From Gammaproteobacteria bacterium (GTDB lineage: Bacteria > Pseudomonadota > Gammaproteobacteria > Natronospirales > DASSBR01): DNA of 64,000 nucleotides. The notes beneath the pieces are model-generated. The model did no database searches. It saw only the letters and a list, made by a program, of their open reading frames with translations, and was not told where the DNA came from. Made by a program: the position numbers and the translations under genes. Positions 1 to 13,419 of the stretch are shown here, piece after piece (the stretch's first letter is position 1; each line of letters begins with the position of its first letter). The stretch covers positions 19,182 through 83,181 of the forward strand of contig DASSJY010000002.1 of assembly GCA_035690945.1 (NCBI GenBank), read 5' to 3'.

Positions 1-1
1 G

Positions 2-1384
<1,383 letters not shown>

Positions 1385-1413
1385 ACGCCTTTCATTCAAC
1401 CTTCGTCCTGGCT

Positions 1414-2574
1414 ATGTACCTCGGAGATCTGACCCCCCGGCAATTCCTCGAAAAGCACTGGCAAAAAAAGCTCCTGCTAATCCGCCAGGCATTCGAGAAC
1501 TTCACACCCCCGCTCGACCCGGACGAGCTGGCGGGCCTCGCCTGCGAGGAAGAAGTAGAGTCGCGACTGGTAATCCAGCACCCCGGCGGCACACCGGAAT
1601 GGACAGTACGCAACGGCCCTTTCACAGCCAAAGACTTCGCCGCCCTGCCGCCAACTCACTGGACGCTGCTGGTTCAGGACGTCGATAAGCACATCCCGGA
1701 ATGCGCCGACTTGCTCGACCATTTCAACTTCCTCCCCGACTGGCGTATCGACGACCTGATGATCAGCTACGCGGCTCCGTCCGGTTCAGTCGGCCCCCAT
1801 ATCGATGCGTACGATGTCTTCCTGCTTCAGGGCCTCGGCGAACGCCATTGGCAACTTGATCCAAGTCCAGAATCAACTGCAGAAGTTCCTGGTATCGATT
1901 TGAAATTATTGGATAATTTTATCTCGAAAGAAGATTACGTGCTGTCCGCAGGCGACATGCTCTACCTTCCACCAGGCGTAGCCCACCACGGCGTCGCGCA
2001 AAACGATTGCATGACGTTATCGGTCGGTTTTCGTGCACCCTCCTACGCAGAGATGCTGGCTGATTTCGCCGGCTGGCTCGCCGCAAAGGCCGATCCTGAA
2101 GCACGCTACGAGGATCCGGGCCTGACCATTGATGAAGCCGAAGGCGGCCGGATATCCAATCGCGCCCGCGAATCGATACGGACCGAGTTACGCAGCCACT
2201 TGCAGATCGACGACGCGGAAATGGACCGCTGGTTCGGCTGCTTCATTACCGAGCCGAAACCGTGGCTGGTAACGCCACCTGCCGAACAATTCCTTGAGCC
2301 GCGCGAACTGGTCGAGGCATTGCGCAACGGCCGCGCGCTTCACCGCTCGTCCTATTCTCGAATACATTTCATTTCGAGGCCGGACGGAGCGCTGTTGTTT
2401 TGCGACGGCGAGGCGTTTGATCTGAGTAATGATGCGGCCCCGGTCGCACCGGTACTGGCGCGACAGCGGCGGCTGACGGCGGTCGGATTCGGCGACGCGC
2501 TCGACAATAGGGCGTTCGCGTCGCTGCTCACTGATTTTTACAACCGCGGCAAGTATTATTTCGACGATGAATGA
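1414..2574 (+). CDS. roxA: cupin/JmjC ribosomal protein oxygenase (50S L16 arginine hydroxylase, YcfD/RoxA family)
   Basis: Strong collinear resemblance to E. coli YcfD: FLEKHWQKK, DELAGLA, LPDWRIDDLMISYA, GPHIDAYDVFLLQG (HxD iron site), GDMLYLPPGVAHHG, SVGFRAP. I trimmed the ORF-track start (1363, which overlaps purB) to the ATG at 1414 (MYLGDL...). Confidence 0.85.
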   Translation: MYLGDLTPRQFLEKHWQKKLLLIRQAFENFTPPLDPDELAGLACEEEVESRLVIQHPGGTPEWTVRNGPFTAKDFAALPPTHWTLLVQDVDKHIPECADLLDHFNFLPDWRIDDLMISYAAPSGSVGPHIDAYDVFLLQGLGERHWQLDPSPESTAEVPGIDLKLLDNFISKEDYVLSAGDMLYLPPGVAHHGVAQNDCMTLSVGFRAPSYAEMLADFAGWLAAKADPEARYEDPGLTIDEAEGGRISNRARESIRTELRSHLQIDDAEMDRWFGCFITEPKPWLVTPPAEQFLEPRELVEALRNGRALHRSSYSRIHFISRPDGALLFCDGEAFDLSNDAAPVAPVLARQRRLTAVGFGDALDNRAFASLLTDFYNRGKYYFDDE

Positions 2575-2998
2575 TGCAACTTTCACTGTTCGCGAAGCCA
2601 CCTGGGCCGATGATTCGAAGGCGTTACGCGCCATTCGCCAACTGGTCTTCGTCGAGGAGCAAAACGTTCCGCCCGAACTGGAATGGGACGAGACCGATGC
2701 ACAGTGCCTGCACGCGCTGGCTATCGACTCCGCCGGCAATGCGATCGGCTGCGGCCGGCTGCTGGACGGCGGCAAGATCGGCCGGATGGCCGTATTGCCT
2801 GCATGGCGCGATCGCGGCGTCGGTAGCGCCCTGCTCCGCTTCCTGATGGGGGTCGCGCAGAGCCGCGGCTGCACCGAGTGCCGCCTCGACGCCCAGATCC
2901 GAGCAATGGATTTTTACCATCGCCACGGCTTCACAGCCGAAGGCGAAGAATTCCTCGACGCCGACATCCCGCACAGGCACATGCGCCTGCAGTTATGA
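2567..2998 (+). CDS. GNAT family N-acetyltransferase
   Basis: 143 aa with the acetyl-CoA motif [10 protein letters not shown]. Its ATG overlaps the roxA stop, and its own stop overlaps the mnmA start in an ATGA. Confidence 0.8.
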   Translation: MNDATFTVREATWADDSKALRAIRQLVFVEEQNVPPELEWDETDAQCLHALAIDSAGNAIGCGRLLDGGKIGRMAVLPAWRDRGVGSALLRFLMGVAQSRGCTECRLDAQIRAMDFYHRHGFTAEGEEFLDADIPHRHMRLQL

Positions 2999-4101
2999 AC
3001 GCATCAACCCGCGTCATCGTCGGCCTGTCTGGCGGCGTCGATTCGGCCGTCGCCGCGCTGCTGCTGGTGGAACAGGGCTACCGCGTCGAAGGCCTGTTCA
3101 TGGACAACTGGGAGGACGACGACGGCTACTGCACCGCCGCCGAAGATTTCCAGGACGCCCGCCAGGCAGCCGAGCAGCTCGACATCCCGCTGCACAAGGC
3201 CGATTTCGCCGCCGAATACGGGGAACGCGTGTTCTCGCATTTCCTCGACGCCTACCGCGCCGGCCTGACCCCGAACCCGGACGTACTCTGCAACAGCGAA
3301 ATCAAGTTCAAGGCGTTTCTCGACTACGCCGAGCGCCTGGGCGCAGACCGCATCGCAACCGGCCACTACGCACGCGTGCGCCACACAGCCAATGGCGTCG
3401 AATTACTGCGCGGCCTGGACGCCGGCAAGGACCAAAGCTATTTCCTGCACGCGGTCGATCCGGCCGCGCTGACCAAGGCGCTGTTTCCGGTCGGCGAACT
3501 GCAAAAGAGCGAAGTACGCGCCAAAGCACGCGCGGCCGGCTTCGACAACTTCGACAAGAAGGACAGCACCGGCATCTGCTTCATCGGCGAACGTCGCTTC
3601 CGCGAGTTCCTGCAGCGCTTCCTGCCAACCGAGCTGGGCGAGATGGTAACGCCCGAGGGGCAGACCATCGGCCGCCACACCGGTCTCGCGTTCTACACCC
3701 TGGGCCAGCGCCAGGGACTCGGTATCGGCGGCGTTCAAGGCGCTCCAGACGCGCCTTGGTACGTGGTGAAGAAGGATTTTGAGCGTAACAGACTCGTGGT
3801 CGCGCAAGGACATGATCATCCGCTGTTGTTTTCAGATGGACTCACGGCGCGCCGGTTGCGCTGGCTGGCGCGCAAGCCGGCGGCGCGCTTCACGTGCACA
3901 GCAAAAATTCGCTATCGACAGCAGGATCAGGCTTGCGTGGTGGAACTGGAAAATGACGCAGCCCGAGTATCGTTCAAGCAGTCGCAGCGGGCGGTGACGC
4001 CCGGCCAGTACTGCGTCTTCTATGACGGTGAAATTTGTCTTGGCGGCGGTGTTATTGACGCACAACGAAGCCGATATACGGAACGGCACGAGATGCATTA
4101 G
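2995..4101 (+). CDS. mnmA: tRNA 2-thiouridine(34) synthase
   Basis: PP-loop motif [11 protein letters not shown], conserved NPDVLCN and GHYAR motifs, about 368 aa. The start was moved from the ORF-track 2878 to the ATG at 2995 ([14 protein letters not shown]). Confidence 0.92.
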   Translation: MNASTRVIVGLSGGVDSAVAALLLVEQGYRVEGLFMDNWEDDDGYCTAAEDFQDARQAAEQLDIPLHKADFAAEYGERVFSHFLDAYRAGLTPNPDVLCNSEIKFKAFLDYAERLGADRIATGHYARVRHTANGVELLRGLDAGKDQSYFLHAVDPAALTKALFPVGELQKSEVRAKARAAGFDNFDKKDSTGICFIGERRFREFLQRFLPTELGEMVTPEGQTIGRHTGLAFYTLGQRQGLGIGGVQGAPDAPWYVVKKDFERNRLVVAQGHDHPLLFSDGLTARRLRWLARKPAARFTCTAKIRYRQQDQACVVELENDAARVSFKQSQRAVTPGQYCVFYDGEICLGGGVIDAQRSRYTERHEMH

Positions 4102-4315
4102 CCCGCATCCATCACTTGCCTGGCCGGGACCATCAGCTCAACAACGACCTAAGCGAGGTCGCCGCGGCGATCAAGGCGCTCAACGTCGCTGGCTGAGGGC
4201 AAGGTATCAAGGCTGTTGCTGCTGGGCGCGCTGTGAGAAAGACGACAGTTAGAGCCCGCGCCGCGGGTGCTTTATAATAGTCGGCTTTCCCACATTCTCG
4301 ACCGGACAGGAATCC

Positions 4316-7048
<2,733 letters not shown>

Positions 7049-7060
7049 GAAAGTTCAAAA

Positions 7061-7082
7061 CAGGCCGGCGCAAGCCGGCCTG
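7061..7082. terminator. bidirectional rho-independent terminator between convergent acnA and the permease operon
   Basis: CAGGCCGGC-GCAA-GCCGGCCTG forms a 9-bp GC-rich stem with a GNRA-like tetraloop. It is followed by TTTTG on the - strand and CTTCTTC on the + strand. Confidence 0.7.
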
Positions 7083-7087
7083 CTTCT

Positions 7088-9520
7088 TCATGGCTCAGTA
7101 ATCGCTTCCGCAGGATCAAGGTTCGCCGCGCGCCGCGCCGGCAGATAAGACGCCAAGAGCGTAATCGCGGATAACACCACGGCAGTGCCAAACAGCGTCA
7201 ACGGGTCGAACGGCATTACGTGGAACAGTCGCGACGACAGGACTTGACCGAACACAACCGCCAGTAGCAGACCGCAGATCAGCCCGATCGCCAGCAGCTT
7301 AAGCCCGTCGCGAACTATCAGCCACAGCAAATCTTCGGGCAGTGCGCCCAACGCCAGCCGCACACCGCATTCGGTCACGCGCTGCCCCACCGCGTAGCTC
7401 AGCACGCCGTACACGCCAACCACCGCGAGTGCCAGCGCAATGCAGCCGAAAGCGAGCAGCAAGTCCATGGTTCGCTGCTTGTCGCGCAGCGAGTCGGCCA
7501 GACGCTGGTGCATGGTTTCGACGCCGAACATCGCCACTGACGGATCCACGGCGGCGACGGCCTCTCGCACCGGCTTGACCAGTAAATCCGGCGCAATCGA
7601 GGTGTAAATCACCAGGCGCATCGCCGGTGTTGGCGCTTGCGCCGCGCTGGTATAAATCGCGCCCTTGCCCGGCGTGGTCAAGCGACGCAGTCTCACACCG
7701 GCTACCACGCCGATGATCGTAACCCACTTTTTCTCCCACTTGATCTGTTGGCCTATCGGGTCGGCGCCCTTGAAGTACTTCTTTGCCAGATTGCTGTCGA
7801 TGATTGCAACGGGTCGGCCGCCGGTTGTATCGCGCACATCGAAGTTGCGTCCCCGCAGGATAGGCATGCCAAGTGCTTTGAAGTAATCGGGCCCTACCGC
7901 ATCGAGCCAAGCTTTCGGCTTAACGCTCGAGCCCGAAAGTTCTCGGCCGCGTATGCGAAACCCAGCGTTCATTGAAACATTGCCAATCGGCGCCCACCGG
8001 GCGATACCGGCAGATTTCACACCCGGCAGCGCACGCACGCGTCCCAACACATCACCATAAAAACTATTCAGCGACTGCTTGCTCGCCTGCCCATTGCCGG
8101 TTGCCAACAGGCCAGCGATCAGGACGTGATCCTTGCGGAACCCGGGGTTCACCGATTGCATATTCACGAAACTGTGCAACAGCAGCCCCGAGCCCGCCAG
8201 CAGAACGGTTGCCAGAGTCAGTTCGACGGCGACCAACGTGTTGCGTACGCGCCGCGCGCCGACTCCGCCGCTCATGCCACGGCCGCCCGCCTGCAACAGG
8301 CTCTGCAGATCGGTTTTCGCCAGGTGCCGGATCGGCAACACGCTCACGAGCGCCGTTGTGATACCCACCATCGCGAGCGCAGCCAGGCCCACGCGCCAAT
8401 CGACCGCCTTGTTGAATATGCCGCCGATGCCGCCCCACGCAAACGCTGCGTAGTAATGCAGGCCCAGCCAGCCGAGTCCGACTCCGATGAGACCGCCCGG
8501 CACGGCCAGCGACAGGCTTTCGATCAGCAGTTGCCGCGCCAGCACGGATCGACTCGCACCGAGGGCGCTGCGCATCGCAATTTCATGACTACGCCCGAGA
8601 ACCCGGGACAGCAGCAGGTTGGCGACGTTCACGCAGGTCATCAACAGCACCAGCAGCACCGCACCCTGCAACAGCAGGAGCGTGGACGTTTGCCCATTCA
8701 GCATCGCATCGCGATAGGCCATGGCATGGACGTAGAATCCGGCGTTCGTCACGTCCTGCCAGTCGTCTGCAGATACAACTTGCTCAACCTTCGCGCGCAC
8801 CGCGTCGAGCTGGGTCTGGAGCGCGTTCAGGCTGACGCCCGGCTTCAGGCGGCCGATAAACGTCGGGCTCAGCATGAACATCTTGCCGGGAGCGAGATCG
8901 CCCGGCGTGATCGTCATCGGCATCCAGATGTCAATGGCACGATTGGGAAACATAAAGCCTTTCGGCATCACGCCGATAATGCGTACCGGATTGCCATTCA
9001 GTCGGATCGTCCGGCCGATTACATCGGGATCCGCGCCAAATTTGTTATGCCAGAGGCCGTTGCTGATGACGGCGACCCCGCCCTTCCCCGGCTCGCTCGC
9101 ACCGGAACCGAAAGTGCGGCCAAGCGCCGGGTTGACCTTCAGGACATCGAACAAAGAGCCCGTTGCCACCACGCCGGATATCATTTGCGACGGCGCGCTG
9201 CCGATCTTCACGTTAAAGCCGCGGTAATTAAACATTGCCGTGCTGGAAAAATCGTCGACATTCTTGCGGATCAGCTTATACAGCGACTTCGACATGCTGA
9301 AGAACCCGCCGCCGGTCTTTTTGAAATCGACGCCCACGCCCACAAGCTGGTCGCCATGCGGATACGGCAGCGGTTTCAGCAGATAGCCGTTCAGCACGCT
9401 GAAGACCGCCGTGTTCGCGCCGATGCCGAGCGCGAGTGTGAGAATCGCCGCGGTAGCGAAACCGGGTTTGGCAGCTAATTGCCGCAGGCCGAAACGAAGG
9501 TCATTCAGAAAGCCATTCAT
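7088..9520 (-). CDS. duplicated-FtsX ABC permease, ADOP/MacB-type (paralog 9, last gene of operon)
   Basis: 810 aa. N-terminus is MNGFLNDLRFGLRQLAAKPGF..LTLALGIGANTAVFSV. There are two FtsX-like halves (CVNVANLLLSRVLGRSHEIAMRSALGA and QRVTECGVRLALGALPEDLLW), each preceded by a long non-membrane, MacB-periplasmic-domain-like segment. Confidence 0.85.
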   Translation of the reverse strand: MNGFLNDLRFGLRQLAAKPGFATAAILTLALGIGANTAVFSVLNGYLLKPLPYPHGDQLVGVGVDFKKTGGGFFSMSKSLYKLIRKNVDDFSSTAMFNYRGFNVKIGSAPSQMISGVVATGSLFDVLKVNPALGRTFGSGASEPGKGGVAVISNGLWHNKFGADPDVIGRTIRLNGNPVRIIGVMPKGFMFPNRAIDIWMPMTITPGDLAPGKMFMLSPTFIGRLKPGVSLNALQTQLDAVRAKVEQVVSADDWQDVTNAGFYVHAMAYRDAMLNGQTSTLLLLQGAVLLVLLMTCVNVANLLLSRVLGRSHEIAMRSALGASRSVLARQLLIESLSLAVPGGLIGVGLGWLGLHYYAAFAWGGIGGIFNKAVDWRVGLAALAMVGITTALVSVLPIRHLAKTDLQSLLQAGGRGMSGGVGARRVRNTLVAVELTLATVLLAGSGLLLHSFVNMQSVNPGFRKDHVLIAGLLATGNGQASKQSLNSFYGDVLGRVRALPGVKSAGIARWAPIGNVSMNAGFRIRGRELSGSSVKPKAWLDAVGPDYFKALGMPILRGRNFDVRDTTGGRPVAIIDSNLAKKYFKGADPIGQQIKWEKKWVTIIGVVAGVRLRRLTTPGKGAIYTSAAQAPTPAMRLVIYTSIAPDLLVKPVREAVAAVDPSVAMFGVETMHQRLADSLRDKQRTMDLLLAFGCIALALAVVGVYGVLSYAVGQRVTECGVRLALGALPEDLLWLIVRDGLKLLAIGLICGLLLAVVFGQVLSSRLFHVMPFDPLTLFGTAVVLSAITLLASYLPARRAANLDPAEAITEP

Positions 9521-9541
9521 GCCGTCACTCCCATCTACAGA

Positions 9542-11962
9542 TCACTGCTCCATCATCGCCGTTGCCGGATCAATTCGTGCCGCGCGACGTGCCGGCAGAT
9601 AACAGGCAATCAATGTAATAGCGGACAGCACGACAGCGACGCCGATCAAGGTCAACGGATCGTACGGCGCCACATCGAACAAGCGCGAGGACAGCGCAAA
9701 CCCGAAGCCGACCGCGAGGATGAGTCCGGCGGCGCCTCCTGTCACAAGGAGCTTGAGGCCGTCTTTGATCACCAGCCATAACAAGTCTTCCGGTAACGCC
9801 CCCAGCGCGAGACGCACGCCGCATTCCGTCGTCCGTTGCCGGACTGCGTAGCTCAACACGCCGTAGACGCCGACGAACGCTAGGGCAAGGGCGATGCCGC
9901 CGAACACCAGCACCAGGTTCATCGTCGCCTGCCGCGCGCCGAGCGTTGCCTGCATACGTGCATGAAGCGGTTTGATGCCGTACACCAACACCGCCGGATC
10001 AAGGCTATGAACCGCTTGGCGCACTGCATTCGACAGGGATGCCGGTGGTACGGATGTCTCGATTGTGATACCCATGCCGTTCAGCCAGCCAAATTGCGTC
10101 AGCGGCACATAGGCTGTGCCGCGCTGCTCCGGCTCCGACAGGGAATAAATTTTGATCGTTGGCACCACACCGATAACCGTGCGCCACGCGCCGGCTACCC
10201 GGATCTGCTGACCCATCGGGCTCTTGTGCGGAAACGCAACCCGCGCCAGCTTGGAATTGATGACGACCACCGGCTGGCTATTCGCCGTATCGCGCGCATC
10301 GAAACCACGGCCCCGCAATAGTGAGACGTTTAATGAGCTGAAAAACCGGTCCCCGATCGGCTGAATATAGGTGCTTGTATTAGTCATCTTCCGGCCATGC
10401 ACGCCGAAGTTCGAAACATCGGATTCGGCGCCGAACGGCAGCACGCGGGTCAGACCAGCCTCCCGTACGCCCGGAATTGACTGTATCCGCTTCTGAACAT
10501 CCGCATAAAAACGCCGCCGGGCGCTGTCGCCCTGATATTCGTTTGATGGCACCGCCAAGCTGGTCAGCAGCACATGATCGGTGCGGTAGCCGGGATTGAC
10601 AGCCTGCACTTTAATCAGGCTGTGCAGCAATAATCCGGAGCCGGCCAATAGCGCTGTCGCGAAGCACAATTCGACCACGACCAGCATCTGGCGCACGAGC
10701 CGCGCACGCCGTCCGCCGGCCATGCGACTGCCTTCCTGCAACAGGCCCTGCAAATCGGTGCGGCCGAGATGCCACAGCGGCAGCAGGCTGACCAGGATGC
10801 CCGTAAGCCCCACGATAGCCACCGCAAAACCGGCAACGCGCCAGTCCGGCTGGATGTTCAGGATGGCGTTTCCCGGCCCGATCGCCGAACTTGCAAAAAA
10901 ATGCAGGCTCCACCAGCCGAGCGCGACGCCGACAATGCCGCCCGGCAATGCGAGACACAGACTCTCGACCAGCAGTTGCCGCGCCAGCCGTGCCCGGCTG
11001 GCGCCAAGCGCCGCACGCAGCGCAATTTCGTGCGTGCGGCCCAGTATCCGGGACAACAGCAAATTGGCGACGTTGACGCACGTAATCAGGAGCAGAAACA
11101 GCACCGCAGCTTGAAGCAGCAATGCCGTTTCCGCCTTGTCGCCGACGACTTGCTTGTGCCAAGACGTGAGCGTGAAAGTCATGCCGCCCGAGTCGATCCA
11201 CTGCCGGTCGTCGGCGCTGCTTTGGCCGGCGACAACGGCGAGGACTTGCCGAAGCTGCTGCCTCGCTACTGCAACATCCACGCCGGCCCGATAGCGAACT
11301 AGCATGTCCGGCGAGAAGCTGAACATGTTTTTGTTCGCCCGGTCCTGCGCACTGATCGTCAGCGGAGCCCACATTTCCCGGGACCGATCCGGGAACGCGA
11401 AGCCTTTCGGCATGACTCCAACAACATGGTACGCGGTACCGGCGATTTGAACCGATTGGCCGATGATGCCGGTATCGCCGCCGAAGCGATGCCGCCACAA
11501 TGCATAGCTCAGCACCACTTCGTGGCCGCGCCCCGGCTCGATCGCGTCAGGAGCGAACGTGCGGCCCAGGAACGGCTTGACCCCCAGCACCGCGAAGATC
11601 GAAGGCGTGACGCGCGCACCTACCACCCGCGTCGCCTGCCCGTGCGATTCAACGTTAAACGAGGCGTACTTGTACAGCCCGAATTCCGCAAACGCTGACA
11701 CATGCTCACGAATGTCGAAATACATCGGGATCGACATATTGCCGAAGGTCACCCCGGCCTTCGGCTCGGTTTCGTCAACGCGCGCCAGTTGAGACACATT
11801 CGGGTACGGCAACGGCTTCAACAGGTAACCGTTCAACACGCTGAATACCGCCGTATTCGCGCCGATGCCGAGCGCCAGTGTCAGGATCGCTGCCGCGGCG
11901 AAAGCCGGCCGGTATGCCAGTAACTTGAGTCCGAAACGAATATCGATCAGTAGTCCGTTCAC
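9542..11962 (-). CDS. duplicated-FtsX ABC permease, ADOP/MacB-type (paralog 8)
   Basis: Same architecture as the other paralogs. I prefer the GTG at 11962 (giving MNGLLIDIRFG, which aligns with the paralog N-termini) because a GAGG lies 8 nt upstream. The ORF-track GTG at 11971 has no spacing to that GAGG. Confidence 0.83.
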   Translation of the reverse strand: MNGLLIDIRFGLKLLAYRPAFAAAAILTLALGIGANTAVFSVLNGYLLKPLPYPNVSQLARVDETEPKAGVTFGNMSIPMYFDIREHVSAFAEFGLYKYASFNVESHGQATRVVGARVTPSIFAVLGVKPFLGRTFAPDAIEPGRGHEVVLSYALWRHRFGGDTGIIGQSVQIAGTAYHVVGVMPKGFAFPDRSREMWAPLTISAQDRANKNMFSFSPDMLVRYRAGVDVAVARQQLRQVLAVVAGQSSADDRQWIDSGGMTFTLTSWHKQVVGDKAETALLLQAAVLFLLLITCVNVANLLLSRILGRTHEIALRAALGASRARLARQLLVESLCLALPGGIVGVALGWWSLHFFASSAIGPGNAILNIQPDWRVAGFAVAIVGLTGILVSLLPLWHLGRTDLQGLLQEGSRMAGGRRARLVRQMLVVVELCFATALLAGSGLLLHSLIKVQAVNPGYRTDHVLLTSLAVPSNEYQGDSARRRFYADVQKRIQSIPGVREAGLTRVLPFGAESDVSNFGVHGRKMTNTSTYIQPIGDRFFSSLNVSLLRGRGFDARDTANSQPVVVINSKLARVAFPHKSPMGQQIRVAGAWRTVIGVVPTIKIYSLSEPEQRGTAYVPLTQFGWLNGMGITIETSVPPASLSNAVRQAVHSLDPAVLVYGIKPLHARMQATLGARQATMNLVLVFGGIALALAFVGVYGVLSYAVRQRTTECGVRLALGALPEDLLWLVIKDGLKLLVTGGAAGLILAVGFGFALSSRLFDVAPYDPLTLIGVAVVLSAITLIACYLPARRAARIDPATAMMEQ

Positions 11963-11978
11963 CGCAAGCACCTCGCTT

Positions 11979-13412
11979 TTACTCCAGTCCCTCCTCCCCG
12001 GAAGGCGCGTTTGGCTTCTGTTGATTGCCCTGCGCCGGCGATTGCGTAAAATAATCGCTCATGGCCTTCACATCCTCCGGCCCCAGAGCGCCGGCATCCT
12101 GCTTAAGCTTCAGCAGCGACAGCAGGTATGAATACCGCGCGCGCGCATAGGCAGTCTGGGCATTTAGCAGCGTTTCGCGGGCGCGTAGAACATCGAGCGT
12201 AGTGGCCGAACTGGCCTTTTTGAACGCCTCTTCGGTCGCCGCCAGAGATGCCTTGCTCGACTTCACCGATTCCCGTAGCGCCTTGACACTGGCGATACCC
12301 GAAACAACATCGCGGAAATCGGTGACCGTGTTGCTGCGTACCACCAGCGCTTGCTGATCACGGGCCGCTTCGGCGGAGACGTGCTGATACTTCGCCTGGC
12401 TGCTGCGCGCAGCGATCGCGCCGCCGGAGAATATTGGCAGCGAAACCTGAATCCCGACAAAGTTGCCGGTCAGGTTTTGGTTCTGCAGCAGGTTATTACT
12501 GCTGACATCGTTGATATTGTGGCTTGCAAACAGGCTGATATCCGGGTAGCGCGCCGCCTGTTGCCGGTCGACTTCGTGCGCCGCAACCCGAGCCGCCAGC
12601 TTGCTCGCGGTCAACGTCGCGTTTTGCTTCAGAGCCTTGTCAACCCACTTCTCCACATCGTTCGGTTCCGGCAAATCGAGCGGAAGCGTACTCCCCGGTT
12701 CCTTCAGATTCGGAACCGGCGTTTTTGTCAATGCCTGAAGTGTCTGCTGAGTCGCGATCAACGACTGGCGCTTCTGGATGACAGAAGCGCGTGCCTGATC
12801 GTGCGCCGCACGTGCCTGTTGCACGTTGACGATGCCGGACAGGCCAACCTGGTACCGGCGTTCCGCCTGGTGAAGCTGCTTTGCGAGCGCCTGCTCATCT
12901 GCCTTGGTGACACCCAGAATATCTTGTGCTTCGAGCACGTTGAAGTAGGCTTGAGCGGTCTGAATAATGACGCTTTGACGCGCAGCATCGTAGGACGCAG
13001 CCGCCTGCGCCGCTTGCGCATCGGCCTTTGCCAGCGCTACCCAGTCCTGCCAGTCGAATATCGTTTGCGTGACCCTTAACTGAGCGTACGTGCTGAAATT
13101 CGTCAACGTCAGCTGTTGCTGGACAACCTGGTTATCCGTAACGCCAGCCGTCGTACCGCTGTACTTGTCGCGTTCCCGGCTCGCATTGATGTCCAGTTGG
13201 GGCAACAAACCCGACCGCGCGATCGGTTTGTTTTCGACCGCGGCCTTATAGTCGGCCTCGGCCTGACGCAGCAGCGGCGTGTTTTGCTTTACAAGCTGGT
13301 AGACGTCCCACAGGTCGGCGGCATGCGCGGCCGAATAGCCGCTCAGCACAACGCTCGAACAGATCAGACAAATCGTAATCGGACAACGCATATTTTTCCC
13401 ATTGGTTTTCAT
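11979..13412 (-). CDS. TolC-family outer membrane efflux protein
   Basis: Signal peptide MKTNGKNMRCPITICLICSSVVLSGYSAAHA, then a TolC-like N-terminus LWDVYQLVKQNTPLLRQAEADYKAA and two repeated alpha/beta halves. The start was trimmed from 13526 (which overlaps paralog 7) to the ATG at 13412. Confidence 0.85.
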   Translation of the reverse strand: MKTNGKNMRCPITICLICSSVVLSGYSAAHAADLWDVYQLVKQNTPLLRQAEADYKAAVENKPIARSGLLPQLDINASRERDKYSGTTAGVTDNQVVQQQLTLTNFSTYAQLRVTQTIFDWQDWVALAKADAQAAQAAASYDAARQSVIIQTAQAYFNVLEAQDILGVTKADEQALAKQLHQAERRYQVGLSGIVNVQQARAAHDQARASVIQKRQSLIATQQTLQALTKTPVPNLKEPGSTLPLDLPEPNDVEKWVDKALKQNATLTASKLAARVAAHEVDRQQAARYPDISLFASHNINDVSSNNLLQNQNLTGNFVGIQVSLPIFSGGAIAARSSQAKYQHVSAEAARDQQALVVRSNTVTDFRDVVSGIASVKALRESVKSSKASLAATEEAFKKASSATTLDVLRARETLLNAQTAYARARYSYLLSLLKLKQDAGALGPEDVKAMSDYFTQSPAQGNQQKPNAPSGEEGLE

Positions 13413-13419
13413 AAGATAT

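Noticed and set aside
4254-4278. Short hairpin (CCCGCG-C-CGCGGG) and a TATAAT hexamer upstream of acnA
   Set aside because: The stem leaves essentially no loop and there is no clear T-tract. TATAAT has no convincing -35 partner. The evidence is too weak to call a terminator or a promoter.
8126-9478. Long + strand ORFs inside the permease array (for example 8126..9478, 10769..11302, 13840..15051, 15889..16674, 16939..17991, 19061..19801, 22286..23122, 23300..23995, 30110..30796)
   Set aside because: All lie antisense to well-supported permease genes. They are Arg/His/Gln/Ala-rich low-complexity translations typical of the reverse frame of GC-rich genes, and they have no motifs.
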